DNA of 64,000 nucleotides from Octopus sinensis (Eukaryota). The stretch spans positions 62,001-126,000 of the forward strand of contig NW_021829832.1 of NCBI RefSeq assembly GCF_006345805.1, given 5' to 3'. A program made the translations under genes and the position numbers. The notes beneath the pieces are model-generated. The model was not told where the DNA came from. It saw nothing but the letters and a program-made list of their open reading frames with translations, and ran no database searches. Shown here piece after piece: positions 53,745 through 64,000 of this stretch. Positions within the stretch are counted from its first letter, which is position 1; each line of letters begins with the position of its first letter.

Positions 53745-55250
53745 TGACACAACTATTTGTGGTCCTCCCGAGGTCGTTTTTGACGACTTCCGGATTATCC
53801 TCTCATCCCTCTCGGCCATTGGCCTATCTATTAACGCAAATAAATTTGAAATTGTGAATATCGACCTTCAACAAAGTTTATTCTCTGCCGCCTCCTCTGT
53901 TTGCCGCAATATTCTTCCAGACGTTCGTATTACCGAAAAGTCTAATCTATCCATCCTTGGGGCTCCCATGGGTCTCTCCGCTCTAGAAACTTCATTTTCG
54001 GTAAAAATATCGAATTTCTCTAAAATGATCGAGAGGCTTAAAAACATCGAGCCTCACGTCGCATTTTTCATCCTGCGAAATCACTTTTCCGCCCCCAAGG
54101 TCCTTTATACGCTAAGATGTGCACTCTGTTTCCACAGAAGTGACCTCCTATCTGATTTCGATTACATCCTTAAGCTCGGTATGAGCTCCCTATGCAATCT
54201 TCTTTTGATGATTCTGGCTGGTCTCAGGAGACCTTACCTGTGCACAGGGGCGGCCTTGGTCTGAGATCCTGTTCCGATTTGGCTCTTCCGGCTTATCTGT
54301 CCTCTCATTCTGCCTCCCGCACACTCTCAGACGTCGTTCTCCGAAACTTTCCCGAACGAAAAGTGTCTGCCGATTTCGTCGCGGCAGGTCTCTTATGGAA
54401 GGCCCGGTTTGACTCGAGGCGGTCTGAGTCCGAGGACTACCAGCGCCAGTGGGACGAGATTGTATGCCGTTCTTTGTACGAAGAACTCACTCCGAAACTT
54501 AACCAAAACAGGCTCGCCTGCCTCCGTCCAGGCTGTCAACCAGGCAGCGGTGCCTGGATTGATGCCTTCCCCCTCCCTTCAATTGGGAACCTCCTGGACT
54601 CCGAGTGCCTAAGAATCGCTATCTCCTTACGTGTCGGGTTCAAAATCTGTCAGGCCCATAAATGTCGCTGTGGCAGAACTGTGGACGAGTTCGGGTTACA
54701 TCCCCCCTCCTGCCCCCGCAGTGCAGGCTGTGCGCCTCGCCACAGTGAACTGAACGACATCGTGGATTGTTCCCTCGAAGCTGCCGGGGTGCCGTCCGTC
54801 CTCGAACCTGTCGGTTGGACAGAGGTGACGGCAAACGTTCTGACGGCTTAACTACATTCCCCTTTGAGCAAGGAAAATCCCTTATATGGGATTCTACCTG
54901 CTGTGACATATTCTCCAACGGGAACCTAACCATGTCGGCCGTCGACCCAGGCTTTGCTTCCAATCGCGCCGAAGACCTCAAAATCCTAAAGTACGGTCAC
55001 CTCTCCAATTTCGTTTTTACGCCCATCGCCGTTGAGACTTCTGAGGTCTTTGGCCGCAAGTCGCTTTGTTTCCTACGCGGTTTGGGGAGAAGAATCGCCA
55101 AAAGAGGGACGACCAGAGAGAGCCCATTGCCGTAATCCGCGGAAACTGCTTTGCAATCCGTGAAGCTGGGAACCGCGTAGTCTTCAACAATCTTTCTCCC
55201 TTTTCTAACTGTTCATAAATTAACTTGTTTTCCAACAGTTAAAAAGTGAC
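53745..55250 (+). mobile_element. 5'-truncated CRE-like (RLE-type) non-LTR retrotransposon
   Basis: Late RT region (AIGLSINANKFEI, LGAPMG, LPVHRGGLGLR), zinc motif CRCGRTVDEFGLH..C...RHSELND, and a restriction-like endonuclease (RGDGKRSDGLT...LIWDSTC...AEDLKILKY...PIAVET). Three overlapping ORFs indicate frameshifts. Confidence 0.88.
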
Positions 55251-55585
55251 AAATTGGAAACCGCAAATTTCAGAAATGACATGAAATAGTGCACTTTTAC
55301 TAGCAAATGTACCGATTGGAATAGAACGCAATATTTCTATTTTGTACAATTCTTTCTCCTCATTTATAAAATTTATTTGAAAAAAAACTAAACTACGAGT
55401 TTCAACTGGATCATTTCTGTGTCAACTATATTGTCGTTCAGAAATTTGTTTCTTAATTTTAAACAGATCAATGCTCTAAGTTGATATCAAACCAATAAAT
55501 TATGAACACGGATCAGTGAAATCAACTATAAAATCGCTTGAAAATGTCGATATCAATTTAAATGCAACACAAGCATAACTACAAC

Positions 55586-55598
55586 ATTTACTAGGAAC
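55586..55598 (+). promoter_or_regulatory. X-box-like motif upstream of SPATA1
   Basis: ATTTAC-T-AGGAAC (reverse complement GTTCCTAGTAAAT), 9 nt before the ATG at 55608. Degenerate. Confidence 0.4.
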
Positions 55599-55607
55599 GA
55601 ATCACAT

Positions 55608-58386
55608 ATGAATAAGTCAACCAAAGAAATGAAGCGAATCTCAGTCAATGTAATAAATATGAGCGTCAATAGATAGCGAATTGAACTTCATATTTATAAC
55701 TGGCCGATAGAATGTTGGGACAGTGAACGTCACTTGGGGTTGGTGAAAATGACAAAATATGCAGAATCATTAGGAATAGTCAGGTTGCATGATCATTTTT
55801 ACTTTTTAAAGAGCAGAAATGGAAATGAATTTGAAAGACTTTAGAAAGATCTTGAACGAGTATGAAATTCCAACTCGTCGTTACAATTTTTTAAAAAACG
55901 TTGGCAGATCTTTCACATTGGTTGAATATTTTTTTAATGCTCATTAAGATAACTCGAGAACAGGAAATCAATTTTAAAGTCAAAAATTATGTCAATGGAA
56001 CTGAATTTTCCAATGAAATCTTTTTGTTGAAACACGTCGATAAAAATGATTTGAATGCCATTCAGAGTAAGTGAATTTGAATTTTGATTTTCAAAAAATT
56101 TCAACTTATTAAATACTCTTAAAATAGCTTGCGGCACCTCCGATGAAGATGGCAGCGAGAATTCAATTGACGGAGAAATGGCATCTGCTGACAAAACTAA
56201 GGAAATGGAAATTAAAAAAATAGGTTGAAAATTATTCTAAAAGTTTAGCCAATTTGGATGAAAAGTCAGTATCTAATAAAATATTTCATAAAAAAATCCA
56301 AGATAGTTACCTGGATAGGCAAAAGTGAATACTTAGTAATCTAAAATAAGAAAAGTGGAATTTCCCCTGAAAACTACAAATAAAAGAAAAGGAGCTTTTG
56401 TGTCAAAAAGAAGCTCAAATACGAGACCCGCAACTCTCACACAGCTAACTAATAAAGAATTTAATGGAACTTCTGAAGAGACAGAGTTGTCTTATATTTC
56501 TATAAAATAGAAATTTTGAGAGTATTGTAAGTGAAAAAAAGAAAAAACGGGAAATCTTTGAAGAGAAGAAAAGCTATAAAGAAAAACCGAAAACGAAAGA
56601 TAATCTAAACATGAAAACTAATATTGTTCTCAGTCGGAAGAAGTCAATAACCTATATAAAAACTGTTATAGAAATTTAGAAAACAGACCAAGACAAAAGA
56701 AATTTGAAAATGTTAACAAAACGATTATCCGGAAAAGACATAGTGTTGTAAATCCCGAACCAGAATTCTCTCAAGATTCAGAGTTAGTCATATTTAGAAC
56801 TTTAAAATAAAATAGAGAATCGGAAACTTCAGAGGAACAAATCAATCACGTGCAACAAAGAAGGCAAAATACAATAGTACTGGAAAATATCGAAAAGAAA
56901 GGAAAACTAGCTTATAGGCAAGAAAAAAGCTCGGACAAGAACTTAAGGAACATTAAAAAGGCCGTAAATCAACAGATCAATGAACAGTCAGACGACACAG
57001 AGTAATTTAATTTTTGTAAATCACAGAGATTTTTGGAGTAATCAAAGCAATGCAAAAACAGGGTTTAGTGAAAAACAGCGAAATAGCAGAGAAAAATATA
57101 GAGAGTTGATGATGAATATTTAAAAACAGAGACTTAGATGACCGATCAAGATTGCAAAAAAATGAATCCGAATATCTTGACACAGATAAAACCGAAGGAA
57201 TTGAGTATTCATATTTGAGATGTAAACTGAATAGAGAATCGGAAAATCTAGAAAATAATTATGACGAAGAAAGACAATCTGATGCAAAACTAATTAAAAC
57301 TAAACTGAATAGAAAATCGTTAATTCAAAATGAAAAAACCCACTTTAAACAAAAAAGTTTTTTATTTAATTTAAATTTTACAAGAAAATGCAAATACCAA
57401 AAATGATACTGAATACGATTTTCCTCGTAAAAGATGTCGATTTTCAAGCGAAAAAAGTCAAGAAATGATTTTTGAAACTGAAAAGAATCCAAATATCACG
57501 AAAGACACTGATGGTTTTCATCGAAATGATTAATTTAATAAAAAGATTTTAATTCTGATATATCCGATGAATCTGACACGAATAGTTCAAGTTTAGAAAA
57601 AACGGAAGAATATCCAAAAAGTAATCAATAAAAGTCAAAATAGGCACGGAATTAGCAAATCAAACAAAATATTTACGTGAAATACAAAATCAAAATTCAA
57701 TTAACAATACCAAATTAAATTTGCTTAGAGAATTCTATAAAAATTTAAAGAAAAGAGGTATTGAATTAACTAAAAATAACTAAAAATACGTAACATTGTA
57801 GCTAATCTCAATAAACATTTTCACGAAAAATTGAATAATTTGGGCTTAACCGAATTTGGTAACCTGAGAAAAATAAAAACTAAAAAATCAAATTCAAACG
57901 ACGAGAATTGGAAAATATTGCACGAAAAAGAACTTGTGGTAATGGAAAATCTAAAATATTACATTCGTCGATTAAACGACCAATTCGTAGCATACGACTC
58001 ACAAAAAAATAAACTCAAAATAAAATTTGGGTCGAATTTGTGTCCTCCGTCAAATAAAGTTCCAATTTTTAGCATTTTTACTTTATTCCAGATGAATTAT
58101 AGGATTTCAATCAACGTCTTGAAAGATGAAATTGACGATCTAAAAAGTCGAATTAGGAAAATAAAAATTATGCTCGACGAAGAGATAATTGTAAATCTCT
58201 TGATATATGGTGATATAGAAAAGAACAGGAAATGAAATCGTTCTGAACCATTTGAGGCGAATTATGAACAACACAGCAGCCGAATTGGCCAAATCCAGGA
58301 AAGCATTGCCGAAGACGCAAATGCATGCAGAATACAGCAGACATCAACTAAAATCTCATATATTCAAAAATAACTTAAACTTTTAG
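55608..58386 (+). CDS. SPATA1: Spermatogenesis-associated protein 1
   Basis: N-terminal IELHIYNWP..CW...LGIVR...YNFLKNVGRSFTL/ITREQEINFKVK...EIFLL and a C-terminal coiled coil ENWK...CPPSNK/MNYRISINVLKDEIDDLKSRI...LDEEII, separated by a long K/E/N/S-rich low-complexity region. Confidence 0.75.
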
Positions 58387-58767
58387 TATTTTGGTTTAAT
58401 CCGAATAATATTTTCGATTAAGACTGTTTAAATGTTTAATTTTTATGAAAGACAAAACGCTAAAAGAATTAACAAAGCAGAAATGCCAGCAATATTTTTT
58501 TAAAGAATTAAAAGATTTCTCTTGGTTGTTGCTTTTTCATTCAAGACAACAAGACCATTTTTCGTGACTCGAGAACTCCACAGAAACAGTTGCGAGATAA
58601 AACGATCCGGCAGTCCTCTATACTCTTCCCCCTTTGTTCAGGATTTTATGTAGAATAGATTTCCCTCTTAACCAGGTAAACGTTTCTCGTCTCCATTTAG
58701 TTAAATTTTGTACCAAAAAATGACTGAAAATGTCAAATTAGGTGATTTTAAATCAAAATATGATTAG

Positions 58768-59315
58768 TTATGAGTTAATATACTGAAGAAACAAACCGTC
58801 CTGTCTCTGTGGAAGCTGTGGATAGCAAACACCCCAGCCAGCAAGTCGTCCGTAGCGATAAAGAGGTATCATAGTTGAGAGACCAATGGCAAGACATGTC
58901 CCCACAAGCCTCGACTGGTAGAATTTCCCAACCAATCCCCCGGCAACCAATCCCGCAGGAACAAGACATCCAACACTGTCACTTCCAGTCAAATTCTGAA
59001 CGACAGCCGCCGTCACCACAAATGCGACAGTTCCGGCTATGGCATATCCCACATTCAGAAAGATATGTGAAACTATGGCAAAGTGAGTCCTTAGCTTAAG
59101 TGTCCCGATTGCTTCGGCAGTCCCCACTGCGAAGGCTAGAAGGTAATTACCCTATTCATACCAAAACGAGATGTTATTGTAGAGAGGGAGTACACTTTAT
59201 TTAATACATGCTCATTTGTGGGGGTGTCGAAATAATTATATTTCATAAATTTTTTTACATCTTCCCTTTGGAGGAAAAAATACAGCTTCTGCTGTATAAA
59301 GTGACCAAGATGCAT
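58768..59315 (-). CDS. NDUFA11: NADH dehydrogenase 1 alpha subcomplex subunit 11 (Tim17-family fold)
   Basis: YFDTPTNEHVLNK, followed by multiple TM segments including TAAVVQNLTGSD...AGLVAGGLVG...GWGVCYP. Confidence 0.65.
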
Positions 59316-59439
59316 CAACAAGGAAAATTTTAAATAAATATTTTAATTTTTTACACTATTCAAATTAGTAAATTAATTAAGGTGGAGAAATATTTTATCA
59401 TGATAACTTCTTTTTGCTACCGATCCGCTTTCTTCTGCC

Positions 59440-59835
59440 AGGCTAATGGGCCGGGATTCAGCGTACATGTACTCAACAGGTTCCTCTGATGTCTCGTAGT
59501 AGCTACTTCCCCTACTCAGTCATTCATTGATTGCCCCAACATCCATACTTGTTACAGTATTTGCCGACGTAGCTAAGAGTTTGTATTCCGGACGTATGTT
59601 CTTGAATGTCTTTTTAATCACGATCCTCTGGACATATGCACGAATTGAATCCTCGACTTTTAGAGAGTTTTGGTGCTTGTAAAATTTGGATGTTATTCCA
59701 TCCCATGTGAGAACCAGTGGTACGACGTTCACATTTGCATTGTGGATTAACTTCAATTCGTGTGCCAAAAGATCGTATTTATATAATTTCTCGACTGGCA
59801 CGTGCATCGAAGGTTGTTGAGAAGTAATCCCAACT
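59440..59835 (-). mobile_element. RLE-domain relic of an R4/Dong-like non-LTR retrotransposon
   Basis: IEVGIT...EKLYKYDLLAHELKL...VVPLVLTWDG...AYVQRIVIKKT. Confidence 0.7.
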
Positions 59836-60489
59836 TCGATTAGGTCAAAATTTAGTGACTGCTAAAAATTCAATATTGTAAAGTTGTATAGAAAAAGTGC
59901 AAAAATTATTTATTCATTTGATATTCAAATTTGTCTAAGAACGTCAAGCCTTAGCTGTCAAATATATACATAGAATTGAAAAATAATTGGGTAGTCCGGA
60001 ACATTTGCACGCTACTGTATTTACAACTTCTAATCAACTACTATGAATAAAACTGACTCCCACGTGAAGCAAAGATTACCACAACCTCCACCAAAACTAC
60101 TTTTTCGATGAATAATTACTGTCAGACTACCTCAAAAGATTTTTCTGAAAGTGTAGCCGATTGTATTTTAATTAAATTCTATGCACAAAAGTCTTATGTC
60201 TCTCCTGATTAAAGTCATATGAGAACTTTAAAACCTATAATACATCAATCCAAGTTTCTGATAATCAGACATTCCGTTCATGCATTTCGGTCTGATAGAT
60301 TGTGAGATTTTTGTTAAAAACTGTTCTTTTATTAATTGAATGAATAAACTGACCAAGACGACCTCATCTAATGAGGATTTAACACTTATTCTCTCTGCTC
60401 AGTCTATTTATTCAGAGCGTTGTGATTTCACTTTAAGGCAGTCAATCGCCCGAGTTATAAAACACATTTTAAATAAATTACTAATCATT

Positions 60490-62130
60490 TATTTACGATG
60501 ATGGTTTCCTTGAATGATAAAAGAATTCATTTTATTATTCAATCATTAATTTTTTTAAACTGTTGCATTGATTTACAAACTGAGCTGAGATAAATCTATT
60601 TGTTTTATGTTCGTAAGATTTTGTTTTAATGAGAATTTCGTCTTCTGCGGCCTCTTGGTTTACTCTAACTTGATCACATTTGCAAGTTTTTATTATTTCA
60701 TTATTAATTTCTGTTTGGTGACGAATACTATTATGTTTTTCAGTGTAATATCTTACTTGAGTGCTTCGTCCTGTTTTTTGAGGAGACAAATTGCTTTTGT
60801 TGTTTGAATCTGACTTTTATGTAATTTATATTCTTCAAATAAGTTTGACTTTTTTAGTCTATCGGTTAAATCCTTTTTATATGTAAAACAGCGAAAGAAA
60901 CTCTTTCTGCGGTTATTTTGGTTATTTCATATTTTTTGCTTGTTTTGTAAATTTTTGGTGGAGGCAATTTGAAATTGCTGCAATTTGGTAGCTTTTTCAT
61001 CGGAGTAAGCTTATTTTCCATGCATTTGTGAATATTCAGATGCGATTCTCTCGTGTGCTTAGCAAGTTTACATTTCTACTTTTATTGGATAAGATTAATA
61101 AACCTCTTGAGCGATAATGTCGGAATATTTCAGTTTCATTTCTTCTTTATGCAAAGGGAAAAGTTGGGTCTTTTTCTAATAATTATTTGTTGAATCTAAA
61201 CAAGAAAATAATTTTTGGCCAATTCTTCACATATTCTCAAAGGGTTTTCAAATTCCTCAACTCTTTTGCGTATGACGGGCACATCCTAATATCTATACAA
61301 ATTGGAATTTAAATACAATAAAGACGTCCTTAAATTGGGATATTTGAAATGATTTGTTATCCTCATTTGTATCTACCTTTGTCTAATTTATAATTAGATC
61401 AGGAAACATGTTTTGTGTATCTGAATGCGTACTTCTCTTGAATTTTTTTTCTCGCAAAATATCCTCGCAACACTCTTTGAATGATGTGGATGGGCGAATA
61501 ATTTGCAATAATTTTATTGACAGAATTAAGAATTCGGAGATATTCCTTCATCAGACATTTTCTGTCGACCTCCTACAACACAAGTCAACGAATACTTGAG
61601 GATGTAAGTAAAGGCACGTGCGAAAGTTGTTGGTTAAAGATGAGAATTTTTCTGGAATCTGAAAACTTTGAATAATTTCGTTATCAGCGATGACGTGTTG
61701 GTCAAGGGCTTTGAGTGTCTGGATATAATTGACCACGACTATTCTGTACTGAGGGCGAAGAGAGAGTGGGGTGTTGAATAACGTGAGAACTTCAAGTGAA
61801 AGTGCCCCGTCTCCTAGAAAACGGACGTCTTTGAAGGAATTTATCGGATTTTTGTGCAAATATAAAATTTTTAATTTTCGGAATGTTTTCCAAAATGTAT
61901 GGTCGGGCAAGTTCTCTATCTATATACAAATCTTACATTGGAAGATTAACCATATTACTGCTTAGATCAAGAACGAATAGATTTGCGCATTTGATAAGAT
62001 TAGTGATGCTTGTAAGTCGATTGGATGACAAAATACAAATTTTTATATTTTCAAACAATGGTATTGACTTAATAGTCGATAGATTTAAAGATGATGCAAC
62101 TAGTGTATCAGAATTTTCGTCCTTTCTCAT
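60490..62130 (-). CDS. LRRIQ3: Leucine-rich repeat and IQ domain protein 3 (LRRC44)
   Basis: ICILSSNRLTSITNLIKCANLFVLDLSSN, FWKTFRKLKILYLHKN, LTLFNTPLSLRPQYRIVVVN...LKALDQHVIADNEIIQ. The 3' end is approximate. Confidence 0.8.
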
Positions 62131-62142
62131 TCAAAGTTTTAC

Positions 62143-62156
62143 GTTGCTATGGAATT
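62143..62156 (-). promoter_or_regulatory. X-box-like motif upstream of LRRIQ3
   Basis: GTTGCT-AT-GGAATT on the plus strand (one intact half-site), 12 nt before the ATG at 62130. Confidence 0.55.
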
Positions 62157-62532
62157 TAAAATCAAAGTTTTTAAATACTCAGTCTTTATCTTTTTAACAA
62201 ACAGAAACAAATTAAATCATGCAAAAATGAATCCTTATTTACATCTAAATTCAACAGTTGCCGACAAATTGATTCATCGACTTTTTTCATTGTGAATAAA
62301 ACTTAGCCCTTGCCAGCATATACCACAATACTTTTTGACCTGTTCGAATAGTCGATCTGTTCCATCGAGGTGTCGGCAATTTATAATACTTGTTCACACT
62401 TTACGACCTTACTTATAATTATATTTTCAAAATACAATATAAAGAACACATACAACGATGTCCTTTTTTGCAAAATTTATAACAAACGAAAATTAATAAA
62501 ACAATTAAACCAGACAATAATAACGAGAGGAA

Positions 62533-64000
62533 TTAGACAAAGTGAACTTCGGTGTTAAATGGAATTCCTTCCACAGCGTCCCGATTCATATACTTGAGCA
62601 AATCCTGAGGCAAGGAAGCGAGACTAGTCCGCGTCCACGAATACAGTTCCAGGCCAAAATCTTCAAAATCAGGATATAACTAAACTAATAAAACCAACCC
62701 ACAAAACCGAAAAAACAACATTCTGACCAAGGAAGAAGAAAAATCCTCTAATCTGTGAACCAGCCGGGGAATAATAGACTTGCACTACACCAAAGTAGTA
62801 TTTGCAGAGTGGCTCGGTCGCACTCATAAACCCTACAAATATATCAACGAATGACCAGTCTTGACAAGGTTTCTGACCATATAGTCCTTATTTGGCAGAT
62901 CCTCCGGGAAGTTGTAAACACACTCGTATATGGAGTAGTGCTCCTCGTCGAAATTATCCTCAAGTACGAAATGAGACTCGACAGTTTATCCTCCGGCGAA
63001 CCAGCCTTGTCGACCACTCCGACATAATGACGTTTAAAATTCTCCAAATTGAACTTGTCACTGAAACGTGACGGACTCAACAACCAACCCACGGGGAGCC
63101 TTTTTGAGGGGATCCTCCATTTTTGGCTCCTCCTCCTTCACTGGAGCCTTTTCTGCTTTTTGAGTTTCTTTCGGCTTTTTCTCCTTTGGGTGCAATTCAG
63201 CATATTTTTTGGCTAAAACATGACCCATCAAAGCCACCATCAAACTGAGCCATCTTCTCACACAACACGACCTCCCCGACAACCTCCTTCACGTTGGGCT
63301 GGTTAATCATTGTGGTAAACCACCGATTCACGTTCACGAAGGGCGCTCTATATTCGGGCTCAAACACCTAAAAGTATTAAAAATGTAAAAAGGAACCATT
63401 TTATAGGCCATGAGGAGTGTACATGTCATACTAATGTCAGCCAAGGTCACCGATTGGCCAACAAAGTATGTTCGAGTACTCAAATATGTATCCACAATCC
63501 CCAACAGTCTTCTAACCTCATCTTTGGCCTTTTCCGTCTCCTTTCAATCATTAATAGTATATAACTTTCTTATTGTAGGGAAGAAACCCCAAACATGGAA
63601 GAATCCAAGTCATTAGGTGTGGAATGAACTCATTTTCGGCCATTAGAGCCCACTGGTGAATATGTGCTGCATCAATCGGTGTGGTCCCCTTCAGTCGTTC
63701 ATCACTCACTGCAATGAGGTGAGGACATACAGTAATAGGCAATTGCGATTGTCTCGGTTAGGAAATGTCCGTCGGCTGTTTCGAGTGCCGGGATCTGAAA
63801 TGTGGGGAATGAGGAGTACTTTCCCGAGGGGGAATTTGGAGAGGAATTCGACTGATTTGTTTGTGACACCCATTTGAAACTCGGTCGAGTCGGTGACATG
63901 GAGGGGGATGTTGGAGTACTTGGCTGCTATGATTCCTTTTTGGGCACGAATGCCGTCTTTGTAGGTGTAGAGAGTCTGTTTAATGAAATAATTTAAAAAG
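62533..64000 (-). CDS. EEF1G: Elongation factor 1-gamma (start codon outside the window)
   Basis: TLYTY...[31 protein letters not shown] region [25 protein letters not shown], and the C-terminal EF1G domain [10 protein letters not shown]...MVRNLV. Confidence 0.93.

Noticed and set aside
55608-58386. Stop-codon reassignment suggested by many in-frame TAA/TAG
   Set aside because: The stops fall within GT-AG micro-introns, and TAA, TAG and TGA all terminate well-identified genes (RPS18, GMPPB, FAF2).
58470-58710. Possible small gene between SPATA1 and NDUFA11
   Set aside because: The model is speculative and has no homology support.
62131-62290. N-terminal extension of LRRIQ3 from an ATG at 62290
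   Set aside because: It requires an atypically long intron and a very short one. The ATG at 62130 gives a simpler model and sits next to an X-box-like motif.

Overview
Gene-dense eukaryotic (metazoan) genomic DNA, not prokaryotic. The genes are split by ultra-short spliceosomal introns (mostly 21-31 nt, commonly 23), so the ORF track is fragmented. After splicing by eye I recognise 20 genes: a Cys-less pentameric ion channel, kinesin-13, MTRES1, GMPPB, androglobin, a nicotinic acetylcholine receptor alpha subunit, separase, FAF2/UBXD8, an integrin alpha, RPS18, IK/Red, METTL16, TEX49/SPMIP11, a MAP4K, PTCD1, POP1, WDR70, SPATA1, NDUFA11 and LRRIQ3, plus a 5'-truncated EEF1G. There are also a few unidentified ORFs. 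The first 3.15 kb is a 95-bp satellite array joined to a Helitron-like terminus with a (CAGA)n tract. Several decayed non-LTR retrotransposons are present (I/Ingi-like, RTE-like, CRE-like, R4/Dong-like). Tiny introns together with ciliary genes suggest a dicyemid-like animal (inference only). The most interesting signals are: (1) RFX X-box-like motifs only 6-12 nt upstream of the start codon of all four cilia/flagella-associated genes and of none of the housekeeping genes; (2) co-directional genes packed 26-78 nt apart with no trans-splice acceptor AG, and a TCT initiator inside the upstream gene's 3' UTR; (3) the satellite carried by a rolling-circle-like element; (4) gene-scale GC domes that include the introns. 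All homology calls come from recalled motifs, not database searches, and exon boundaries are approximate unless coordinates are given.
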